DNA of 64,000 nt from Bacilli bacterium (GTDB lineage Bacteria; Bacillota_I; Bacilli_A; RF39; UBA660), in NCBI GenBank assembly GCA_045627525.1, contig JAZQNW010000002.1, forward strand, positions 102,304 through 166,303. The letters run 5' to 3'. Both the position numbers and the translations under genes were made by a program. Each line of letters opens with the position of its first letter. The first letter of the stretch is position 1. Below the pieces are notes generated by a model. It was given only the letters and a program-made list of their open reading frames with translations, searched no databases and was not told the origin of the DNA. Positions 30,156-38,739 of the stretch are shown here, piece after piece.

Positions 30156-30908
30156 TTAATGTTTTTGGGTATATTTACATTTAGGATAATTAGAACATCC
30201 AATAAATTTACCATACTTACTCTCTCGTCCAACTAACATTCCACCGCATTTAGGACATTTGTTAGTATCACTTCTCTCAATATTGCTTTTTATATTTTCA
30301 ATGTGTTCTTTTTTTATCTTTCTATCTTTTACATTGCTTTCAATCAATTGTTTATATAATTCATTGGCATTATTAATTATCTCTTCATCATATGACATTA
30401 TTTTATCAACAATAGTATCATACCTAACAAGTTCTCCATCATGTTCTATTTTTAATTTTGCCTTGCTTGGAATACAAACTATATTATTAATTTTTGATTC
30501 ATCTACATTTAATAATTCAGCTAATGCTTTGCAATGGCCATAGTTTTGCCTAATAGGATTTGTATAATAATAATTATTTTTACCAGCATGCCTTATCCAA
30601 TTTTTATCATATTTACTTCCTGTTATGTAACCATTATACTGTTTTGTCTCTATGGAAAATATTCCATATGGAGAAATAATTACGTGATCTATTTGATGAG
30701 TTAATCCATTAACTGATATAAACAAATTATTTATAATTTTATATTTGGCTTTAGGTAATTTACTTAAGGATTTTTTAGTCCAATGTTCACCAAACCACCC
30801 AATAATTTGTTTATAAAAAATTGCAGACATTAGTCCCAAAACTAATATTGATATTATTAATGGATTAGTTAGATAATATTTTAAAAATTCTTTAGTAAAA
30901 TCTGACAT
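30156..30908 (-). CDS. NERD nuclease-related domain protein with topoisomerase-type zinc ribbon
   Basis: N-terminal TM, GE, QIDHVIISPYGIFSIETK, NPIRQN, CPKCGG..GKFIGCSNYPKC. Confidence 0.88.
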   Translation of the reverse strand: MSDFTKEFLKYYLTNPLIISILVLGLMSAIFYKQIIGWFGEHWTKKSLSKLPKAKYKIINNLFISVNGLTHQIDHVIISPYGIFSIETKQYNGYITGSKYDKNWIRHAGKNNYYYTNPIRQNYGHCKALAELLNVDESKINNIVCIPSKAKLKIEHDGELVRYDTIVDKIMSYDEEIINNANELYKQLIESNVKDRKIKKEHIENIKSNIERSDTNKCPKCGGMLVGRESKYGKFIGCSNYPKCKYTQKH

Positions 30909-31103
30909 AATTACACGCTCTTTTCATTAATATTATATCATGAATTTTTATATTCTTTGTCTTGAACTATGGTGGCAGTGATCATTTCCTTCTGGAACCC
31001 TTATAAATAAAGGCTTTATAAGTTCCAAAATACTGGCTACATACGTTTTACATACGTATGTGGAGGCACTTTTTGAAGAAAAATTACAACTTTTTAGAAA
31101 AAT

Positions 31104-31137
31104 AAAAAGCCTGGAAACTCTTATATTTCCTGGCTTT
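31104..31137 (-). terminator. secA intrinsic terminator
   Basis: AAAGCC(t)GGAAA..TTTCC(t)GGCTTT inverted repeat with minus-strand U-tract. Confidence 0.7.
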
Positions 31138-31142
31138 ACAAG

Positions 31143-33635
31143 TTATTTACCACAACATTGTTTATATTTCTTACCACTGCCACATGGGCATGGTTCATTT
31201 CTACCTATTTTGTTAGTTCTTTTTGGGGCTTTTTTTGATTTTTCTTCGCTTTCATTTGTTATTTGTTTTTTTGCTACTACTTTTCTTTCAATATTTTGTC
31301 TTATTTCTGCTTTTATTAAGAATATAGAAACATCTTTATCAATCTTTTGTAGCATTGAATCAAATAAGTCATATCCTTCTGTTGTATATGCTCTTAATGG
31401 ATCTTCTTGGGCATATCCTCTTAAATGAATTCCTTCTCTTAGATGTGACATTGTATTAATGTGTTCCATCCAGTAATTATCAACTACTTGTAACATAATT
31501 ACTTTTTCAAATTCATTAGCTATTTCTTGTGGAATATCTTTTAATTTTTCTTCGTATTCTTCAATTACTAATTTTGAGATTGTATCTATTACTTCTTCAT
31601 TACTCATATTTGTAATATCAGATTTTTTTATATCTTTTTTTAGTAAGTTTTCATTAGTGAAATCAACTATTTCTTGTAAATCATCATCTGTTAATAATCC
31701 TTCTGGCGCTATATGTGAATTTACTAAGTCTTCTATATGATGTCTAAATGAATTAATTACCATTTCATGAATTGATTCACTATCTAAAATAGTATTTCTT
31801 TTTTCATAAATTATTTCTCGATGATTATTCATTACATCATCATATTGTAATAATTGTTTACGTATATCAAAGTTATTTCCTTCAACTCTTTTTTGAGCTG
31901 TCCCAATTGATTTTGTAAATGTTTTGCTTTGAATAGCTTGTTCTCCTAACCCCATGTTACTCATCATTGTTCCAATTCTATCTGAACCAAATCTTACCAT
32001 TAGATCGTCCTTCATAGACACAAAGAATTGAGTAAACCCTGGGTCACCTTGTCGTCCTGAACGTCCTCTTAACTGATTATCAATACGGCGTGATTCATGT
32101 CGTTCTGTACCAACTACACATAAACCACCTATTTCTCTTATTTCATCTGATAATTTAATATCTGTACCACGACCAGCCATATTAGTTGCGATTGTTACTG
32201 ATTTATGTTGACCAATTTTTGAAATTATTTCTGCCTCACGCGCATGATTTTTTGCATTTAATACTTCGTGTGGAACACGAGCTTGTGTTAATAGTCTACT
32301 AATTAATTCACTGGTTTCAATAGCTATTGTACCTATTAATACGGGTTGTCCTTTAGCATATTTTTCTTTAACAAAATTTATAATAGCTTTATATTTTGCT
32401 TCTTTTGTTGCATAAACCATATCTGGAGCATCAATACGAGCTATTGGTCTATTTGTTGGTATTTCAATAACATACATATTATATATGTTTCTAAATTCTT
32501 CTTCTTCAGTCTTTGCTGTACCAGTCATACCTGATAATTTTTTGTACATTCTGAATAAATTTTGGAAAGTGATAGTAGCAAGAGTTTTTGTTTCCTGATT
32601 GATGTTAACTCCTTCTTTTGCTTCTATTGCTTGATGTAAGCCATCAGAATATGCTCTACCTTTCATTAAACGACCTGTAAATTGATCTACTATTACTACT
32701 TCTCCTTCTTGAACAACATAGTCAACGTCTTTTTTCATTGAATAGTTAGCTCTTAATGCTTGATTAATGTAATGAAGAAGTGATGCATTTTCTATGTCAT
32801 ATAAATTCTTTATATTAAAATTGCTTTCAGCTTTATCTGATCCAGATTCTGTTAAATTAACACTTTTAGTTTTTTCATCATATATATAATCTTTTTCTAT
32901 TTTTAAACTCTTAGCGAATCTATCAGCATCAATATATAAATTAGCACTATGCATTTGCCCACCAGAAATTATTAATGGTGTTCTTGCTTCATCTATTAAG
33001 ACTGAATCAACTTCATCAATGATAGCAAAGTTTAATGGTCGTTGAACTCTTTCTTCTTTATGTACAACCATATTGTCTCTTAAATAATCGAAACCTATTT
33101 CATTATTTGTAGAATATAGGATATCGCAATTGTAAGCATCTTGTTTTTCTTTTGGACTTAAATCTCTCATATTAACTCCAACAGTTAATCCAAGAAATTC
33201 ATGAATTTTTCCCATCCATTCTGCATCACGTGTTGCTAGATATTCATTTACAGTAATAATATGTACACCTTTTCCTGTTAATGCATTTAAATAAGCTGGT
33301 AATACACTTGTTAAAGTTTTACCTTCACCAGTTTTCATTTCAGCAATATTACCATAATGTATTGCTAAACCACCTAGTATTTGAACATAGAAATGTTTTT
33401 CACCAATTACACGATAAGCTGCCTCTCTTGCAGTTGCAAAAGCTTCTACTAAAATATCATCTAATGTTTCACCATTGTTTAATCTTTCTTTAAATTGTTC
33501 TGTTTTACTTTGTAATTCAGTATCTGTTAATTTAGAATATTCTTCATCTAAGGCTATTACTTTATCTGCTATTTCTTTGAATTTTTTTAATTCTTTATAT
33601 TCGTGATCTAATAACTTTTTTAAAAGTTTCATCAT
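31143..33635 (-). CDS. secA: Preprotein translocase subunit SecA
   Basis: EMKTGEGKT, DEVDS, TNMAGRGTDI, RIDNQLRGRSGRQGDPG, SEC-C tail CPCGSGKKYKQCCGK. Confidence 0.98.
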   Translation of the reverse strand: MMKLLKKLLDHEYKELKKFKEIADKVIALDEEYSKLTDTELQSKTEQFKERLNNGETLDDILVEAFATAREAAYRVIGEKHFYVQILGGLAIHYGNIAEMKTGEGKTLTSVLPAYLNALTGKGVHIITVNEYLATRDAEWMGKIHEFLGLTVGVNMRDLSPKEKQDAYNCDILYSTNNEIGFDYLRDNMVVHKEERVQRPLNFAIIDEVDSVLIDEARTPLIISGGQMHSANLYIDADRFAKSLKIEKDYIYDEKTKSVNLTESGSDKAESNFNIKNLYDIENASLLHYINQALRANYSMKKDVDYVVQEGEVVIVDQFTGRLMKGRAYSDGLHQAIEAKEGVNINQETKTLATITFQNLFRMYKKLSGMTGTAKTEEEEFRNIYNMYVIEIPTNRPIARIDAPDMVYATKEAKYKAIINFVKEKYAKGQPVLIGTIAIETSELISRLLTQARVPHEVLNAKNHAREAEIISKIGQHKSVTIATNMAGRGTDIKLSDEIREIGGLCVVGTERHESRRIDNQLRGRSGRQGDPGFTQFFVSMKDDLMVRFGSDRIGTMMSNMGLGEQAIQSKTFTKSIGTAQKRVEGNNFDIRKQLLQYDDVMNNHREIIYEKRNTILDSESIHEMVINSFRHHIEDLVNSHIAPEGLLTDDDLQEIVDFTNENLLKKDIKKSDITNMSNEEVIDTISKLVIEEYEEKLKDIPQEIANEFEKVIMLQVVDNYWMEHINTMSHLREGIHLRGYAQEDPLRAYTTEGYDLFDSMLQKIDKDVSIFLIKAEIRQNIERKVVAKKQITNESEEKSKKAPKRTNKIGRNEPCPCGSGKKYKQCCGK

Positions 33636-33704
33636 ATCAGCTCCTCAAGTATTTATTTTATCAAAAAAAAAGGAAGAATAAAAGAACATTCTTCCTTTTT
33701 ATGA

Positions 33705-34235
33705 CTATTCTGACTCTAAAACTCCATAGTTTCCATCATTTCTTTTATATACTACAGCAGCTTGTCCTGTCTCACTATCTTTATACATGTAAAATTGATG
33801 ACCTAATAATTCCATTTGAAGAATTGCTTCTTCTTCTGTCATAGGTTTTACTTCTACTAGCTTTCTTTTTGAAACTTTTGTTGTTTCTTCTTCATCTTTT
33901 TCTATTTCAATCATTGACATATCAAAATCAGGCACTTGTTTAGGTTTTGACATTATCCTTGTCTTATTCTTTCTTATTTGTCTTTCTAAGGTATCTACAG
34001 CTTTATCTACAGCAGCATAAAAATCTTCTTTTGTTTCTTCTGTTCTTAAGATATAGTTCTTTAATGGTATTGTAATTTCTATGCGTTGTTCATGGCCTTT
34101 TACTTTTACTATCACATTTGCGCGAATACTTTCGCTATTTTTTAGGTATTTATTTAATTTTCCTATCTTTTCTTCAATATAATCATGCATAGATTCAGTA
34201 ATTTTAATTTTGTCACCACGAATTGTAATTTCCAT
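33705..34235 (-). CDS. hpf: Ribosome hibernation promoting factor (long HPF)
   Basis: DFYAAVD..LERQIRKNKT, KPMTEEEAILQMELLGH; upstream of secA. Confidence 0.93.
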   Translation of the reverse strand: MEITIRGDKIKITESMHDYIEEKIGKLNKYLKNSESIRANVIVKVKGHEQRIEITIPLKNYILRTEETKEDFYAAVDKAVDTLERQIRKNKTRIMSKPKQVPDFDMSMIEIEKDEEETTKVSKRKLVEVKPMTEEEAILQMELLGHQFYMYKDSETGQAAVVYKRNDGNYGVLESE

Positions 34236-34287
34236 ATTTATCTCCTCCTTATAATTTCAGTATAGCATAATTGATATAAAAAAACTA

Positions 34288-34509
34288 CTATTTTATAGTA
34301 GTAGTTTCTTTAACTAATTTTACGTTTATACCTTGATATCCTTTACTTGTTTCTACTAATTTAAATTCAACAAGTTGACCTTCAGATAAAGTTTTATAGC
34401 CTTCAATTTCTATAGCTGAATAATGAACAAATATATCTTCGTTTTCTTTATACTCGATAAATCCATACCCCTTTTCATTATTAAACCATTTAACGCGACC
34501 AATCATCAT
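34288..34509 (-). CDS. Cold shock protein
   Basis: [22 protein letters not shown]. Confidence 0.93.
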   Translation of the reverse strand: MMIGRVKWFNNEKGYGFIEYKENEDIFVHYSAIEIEGYKTLSEGQLVEFKLVETSKGYQGINVKLVKETTTIK

Positions 34510-34641
34510 ACCACGTACACCTCTCATTCTACCATTTATTGTTTTTGTTGGTGTCTTTATATTACCAAATATATTTTAATTTTTTATTTTTTTCCTTTAA
34601 TTGTATTATTTATAGTCTTGTATTGCACGAAATAGTTATTT

Positions 34642-34658
34642 TTCGACAAAATTCGACA
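34642..34658 (-). promoter_or_regulatory. Tandem Spo0A boxes
   Basis: TTCGACA x2 (reverse complement TGTCGAA, perfect TGNCGAA) at 10-bp spacing between divergent csp and agrB. Confidence 0.6.
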
Positions 34659-34738
34659 TTTTAACTTTAGTATTTTTCATTTAAAACCATCATTATAATT
34701 TTTTATATATAAAAAATTATAATGATTATGGTGATTGA

Positions 34739-35335
34739 ATGAAGAAGAAATTTTTAAATAAATGCCTTGCTTTTTTAAAAAAATACAATTCATATACAAA
34801 AGAAGATGAGGAAAAAATTTTATATGGATTAGAGGGATTATATTTAACTTTTACTAAACTTATATTTATATTTGTACTTTCTGTTATTCTTGGAATCTTT
34901 AAAGAAGTTTTAGTTACTATTTTATTATTTAATATAATTCGATTTTTTGGATTTGGATTTCATGCAGAAAAAAGTTGGCAATGTTTAATTATTTCAACTA
35001 CAATTTTTGTTCTTGTTCCATTACTTTTTATTAATATAAAAATTAATTTGTTAACTAAAATTATTATATGTATTATTTGTATATTAAATTTTACATTATT
35101 TGCTCCTGCTGATACTGTTAAAAGGCCTTTACCAAATAAAAGAAAAAGATTAATAAGAAAATTAGGTACTATTATTATTGGCTCTATATATTTTGTTTTA
35201 ATTATTTTCTTTGATTCTTGGATTAGTCCATTATTATTAGTAGCATTAGTTAATCAGGCTATTGCTGTTAATCCATTGATATATAAATTATTTAAACAGC
35301 CTTATAATAACTATAAAAATTATATACCGGATTAA
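34739..35335 (+). CDS. agrB: Accessory gene regulator B (peptide cyclase)
   Basis: YGLE, RFFGFGFHA...WQC (catalytic His/Cys), APADT. Confidence 0.9.
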   Translation: MKKKFLNKCLAFLKKYNSYTKEDEEKILYGLEGLYLTFTKLIFIFVLSVILGIFKEVLVTILLFNIIRFFGFGFHAEKSWQCLIISTTIFVLVPLLFINIKINLLTKIIICIICILNFTLFAPADTVKRPLPNKRKRLIRKLGTIIIGSIYFVLIIFFDSWISPLLLVALVNQAIAVNPLIYKLFKQPYNNYKNYIPD

Positions 35336-35372
35336 ATACATTTGTATTTAAAATAAAAGAAAGGAGTTTATT

Positions 35373-35495
35373 ATGAAAAAAAGATTTGCATTCATTATAG
35401 CTGCTATTGCTATGATGGCTACTGGTGCTGCTAGTATGGGATGTTTATGGATTATGATTGATGAACCAAAAGCAATGAGAGCATTATGTGATTAG
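35373..35495 (+). CDS. agrD: Cyclic lactone autoinducer precursor AgrD (absent from the ORF track)
   Basis: AAGGAG RBS; MKKRFAFIIAAIAMMATGAASMGCLWIMIDEPKAMRALCD; directly after agrB. Confidence 0.88.
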   Translation: MKKRFAFIIAAIAMMATGAASMGCLWIMIDEPKAMRALCD

Positions 35496-35503
35496 AAAAA
35501 AAT

Positions 35504-36793
35504 CTACTTTTTAGTAGATTTTTTCTTTTTAATAATTAATTGTTGTATATAGTACTTATCTACTATATCTTGTTTTTCTTCTATCCAATCATTTTCTTTT
35601 ATTAATTTAGATGCAAAGTATAATCCGTATCCATGGCCTTCACCTTTTGTGGTAGTTCCTTTTTTATTTCTATCTTTTAAAACATTTTTAAAGGTATTAG
35701 AAAAGACAAAATTTACTTTATTATCAAATTCATAAATTTCTATTAGTACTTTTTTCTTTTTTGTTTCTGATGCAGCTTCTATTGCGTTATCAAAATATAT
35801 TCCTATCAATTTACATATTGTTCTTATATCTTTTTCGGATAGTCTATTCAAAATTGTTTTTTCCTCTAAGCTAGCATCTATTGTAATATTAATTTTTTTC
35901 TTTTGAGCTATGGCTACTTTGTAATACATTAATCCTTTTATTCCGCCTTTAGGTAGTACTTTTAATTCATTAATAGTAGTTCCATCAATATTTATGTTAT
36001 CTTCTAATATTTCATCTATTTTATTTTTTACTTTCTTTTCTTTTGTTAAACATCTTAATACAGCTAATTGATTTTTATATTCATGGCGGTTTAATCGCTC
36101 TTTTTCTATCCAATCTTCAAAGTTTTGAATATAATCAAATAATTGATCATATTCGATACTTAATTGATGATAGTTATTATTATTTTTAACATACATTAGA
36201 ATAATAATGATAACTGCTACCATCATTATATTATTTAGTATATAGTCAACACTCCATGCTTTTGCTGACATAATATTGTAGGCATTTATATTAAATTCTA
36301 CCATTAATAACGTTAATAATATAATTGTAGTAATTAATTGTTTTTCCAAACAGTATTGATAAAATTTTTTTAGGGTTTTATTGATTAATTTTATTTTTAT
36401 TAATAATATAGTTATACCAGCTATCACTATATTTGCTATTAATACCATCGTAAATTCATTTCTCATAAAATCTAACGTTAAGAAGCTTCTAAATATTAAT
36501 GAAATTAATAAATCAGAAATTGTTAGAATTAGCATCATTATACCAACAGAAATTATAGATTCTTCATATTTAATTTTAAATACATTTTTATATATTATTA
36601 CATTAATTATAAAGTTGGTTAGAATATTGAATTTATTATATTCAACTTTATACAATAATGTATCTATTACACCTATTGTTATAAGTAGTGCGATGTGTTT
36701 ATAATTTATTTTTTCCTGATAATTTATTATATTTTTTATTACATAATAGCCTGTAAAAGCCATTATCAAGCCACTAAGAAAGACCCCTAACAT
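35504..36793 (-). CDS. agrC: AgrC-type GHKL sensor kinase
   Basis: Multi-TM N-terminus, RHEYKNQL, DNAIEA, TKGEGHGYGL. Confidence 0.85.
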   Translation of the reverse strand: MLGVFLSGLIMAFTGYYVIKNIINYQEKINYKHIALLITIGVIDTLLYKVEYNKFNILTNFIINVIIYKNVFKIKYEESIISVGIMMLILTISDLLISLIFRSFLTLDFMRNEFTMVLIANIVIAGITILLIKIKLINKTLKKFYQYCLEKQLITTIILLTLLMVEFNINAYNIMSAKAWSVDYILNNIMMVAVIIIILMYVKNNNNYHQLSIEYDQLFDYIQNFEDWIEKERLNRHEYKNQLAVLRCLTKEKKVKNKIDEILEDNINIDGTTINELKVLPKGGIKGLMYYKVAIAQKKKINITIDASLEEKTILNRLSEKDIRTICKLIGIYFDNAIEAASETKKKKVLIEIYEFDNKVNFVFSNTFKNVLKDRNKKGTTTKGEGHGYGLYFASKLIKENDWIEEKQDIVDKYYIQQLIIKKKKSTKK

Positions 36794-37505
36794 AATTTAC
36801 TAGCTCCTTTTTTATAGTTCTTGATATATCGGTAATTTTTTGATTACTTTTTAAATATAGTTTATTTTCTTTTGTATTATAGCTTTCTATTTGTTCTTTG
36901 TTAATAATTATACTTCTATATATTTGTAGAAATCTTTTATCTAATTGATCCATTATTTTTTTTAATGAATCATTTGTATAATAAATTCCATGTGTTGTAT
37001 AAATTGTACATTTTTTACTATTTTGTTCTTTTTCGATATATAAGATATGTTTAAATTCAATATTATATACAATGTTTTTATAAGTAAATTTTAATGAATT
37101 TGGTTTACTATAATAATTTTTAATACAAATATCTAGTGCTTCAATTAGACGTTTTTCACAATTATCTAATTTGTTTATAAAGTCAACTAGCATTAATCTT
37201 TTTCCCAGTGCATCATACTTGTACTCGTTATATGCTGTTATTATCATTATCATTGATGACCAATCTTGAAATTTTTCTCTTATTTTTCTAGCAGCATTTA
37301 TTCCTGAGCCTTTAGATGTTTTTATATCTAGAAGATATATTTTAAAACTACCATCAGATTCAGCATATTCTTCCCATTCTTTATCATATCCATCAAATGT
37401 TTTAAACTCATAATCAATGTCATATTTCATCATATACTTATCAATTATAGAAATATATTTTTTTCTTAACGCTTCTTTATCATCACAAATTACAAAGTTT
37501 ATCAT
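36774..37505 (-). CDS. agrA: AgrA-type LytTR response regulator
   Basis: ICDD, YLLDI, GINAARKIR, C-terminal LytTR (ILYIE, RFLQIYRSIIIN). Confidence 0.85.
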   Translation of the reverse strand: MINFVICDDKEALRKKYISIIDKYMMKYDIDYEFKTFDGYDKEWEEYAESDGSFKIYLLDIKTSKGSGINAARKIREKFQDWSSMIMIITAYNEYKYDALGKRLMLVDFINKLDNCEKRLIEALDICIKNYYSKPNSLKFTYKNIVYNIEFKHILYIEKEQNSKKCTIYTTHGIYYTNDSLKKIMDQLDKRFLQIYRSIIINKEQIESYNTKENKLYLKSNQKITDISRTIKKELVNYVRGLS

Positions 37506-37590
37506 TTATTTCCCACCTTATAGAAATAATTTTACCATAATTTTCCAATTTTTGTATATTTTAGTATATAAAAATAACCTATATATTAGG

Positions 37591-38673
37591 TTATTTTTTT
37601 CTTTTTATTTTGGATTTTACTTTGCTAATTAATTTTGGATTTTTATCAGTAATAATTGTTGTATGAAATATAAGCCATAAAAATATTAACAGCAATATTA
37701 TATATAATATACTTCCTATTAACTGATCTTTTAATACATAAAATATTGATGCTGCGGCAAATAATATATTTATTCCATATATTATTAAAACAGTCATAGT
37801 TTGTGATATGTTCATTCCTAATAATTGATGATGTAGATGTTCTTTGTCTGCTTGAAATGGTGGTTGACCTTTTAATAATCTCCTTATAATTGCGAATAAT
37901 GTATCTAGTATTGGTATTCCTAATATCATAACTGGTATAAAAAATGATATTAATGCTGGGCCTTTAAATTCTAGTAATGTAATAATACTAATTATAAATC
38001 CCATAAATGTCGCACAGTCGCCAGCAAATATTGAGGCTGGATGAAAATTATGTAACAAGAAGCCTAATGTAGAACCTAGCATAATAAATGTTAAAATCAT
38101 TACTAAACTTCCATATCTGCCTTGATAGAATCCTATTATTCCAATGGTTAAATAGAATATACTACATATTCCACCACTTAATCCATCTAGACCATCTATC
38201 AAGTTAATTATATTAGTACAAGCTACAATAAATAGTATTGTTATGGGATAAGCCATTAAGCCAAAGTCAAACAAGAATCCAAATGCTGTTATATTATTTA
38301 GTAATATTTTCCCATAAAATACAATTATTGATGCTGCAATCAAATGGCCTATTAATTTTTGACTTGCTTTTATTGGTTTTATATCATCAATTATACCTGT
38401 AAGTACAATAATAAAGCTTCCAATTAAGATGGCATTCATTTTAACACTTTGTTCTCCAAATAGCATATAACCAAATAAGAAGGAAAGAAAAATTCCAACT
38501 CCTCCTAATTTTGGGGTAGCTTTGGTATGGATATGCCTATTGCCTTCTTCAGTTCTAGGAATATCAATAGCATTTATATGAATAGCAACTTTTTTCATAA
38601 GAATCATTATTATTGCTGAAAATAAGAATGTTATTAAAACTATTTTACTTGCAAATAGTATTTGCTGTTGCAT
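37591..38673 (-). CDS. tagO: Undecaprenyl-phosphate GlcNAc-1-P transferase (TagO/WecA)
   Basis: PKLGG, GIIDD, NLIDGLDGL, NFHPASIFAGD, DKEHLHH. Confidence 0.88.
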   Translation of the reverse strand: MQQQILFASKIVLITFLFSAIIMILMKKVAIHINAIDIPRTEEGNRHIHTKATPKLGGVGIFLSFLFGYMLFGEQSVKMNAILIGSFIIVLTGIIDDIKPIKASQKLIGHLIAASIIVFYGKILLNNITAFGFLFDFGLMAYPITILFIVACTNIINLIDGLDGLSGGICSIFYLTIGIIGFYQGRYGSLVMILTFIMLGSTLGFLLHNFHPASIFAGDCATFMGFIISIITLLEFKGPALISFFIPVMILGIPILDTLFAIIRRLLKGQPPFQADKEHLHHQLLGMNISQTMTVLIIYGINILFAAASIFYVLKDQLIGSILYIILLLIFLWLIFHTTIITDKNPKLISKVKSKIKRKK

Positions 38674-38739
38674 ACTACCACTTCTTTCTATATATAATTA
38701 TAGCAAATTTAAATATTTTAGCAAATAAAAAAGCCTAAT

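Larger units (their letters stand above)
23761..31187 (-). mobile_element. Tandem array of four integrase-free cassettes accreted at the secA 3' end
   Basis: Five secA tails spaced 1992, 1269, 1004 and 3117 bp apart; shared core CCACATG(G); paired ~12-bp repeats near cassette ends; no recombinase ORF. Confidence 0.75.

Noticed and set aside
23761-31187. secA-tail repeats as a CRISPR array
   Set aside because: Spacing is 1-3 kb with whole genes between repeats, repeats vary at silent codon positions, and no cas genes are present
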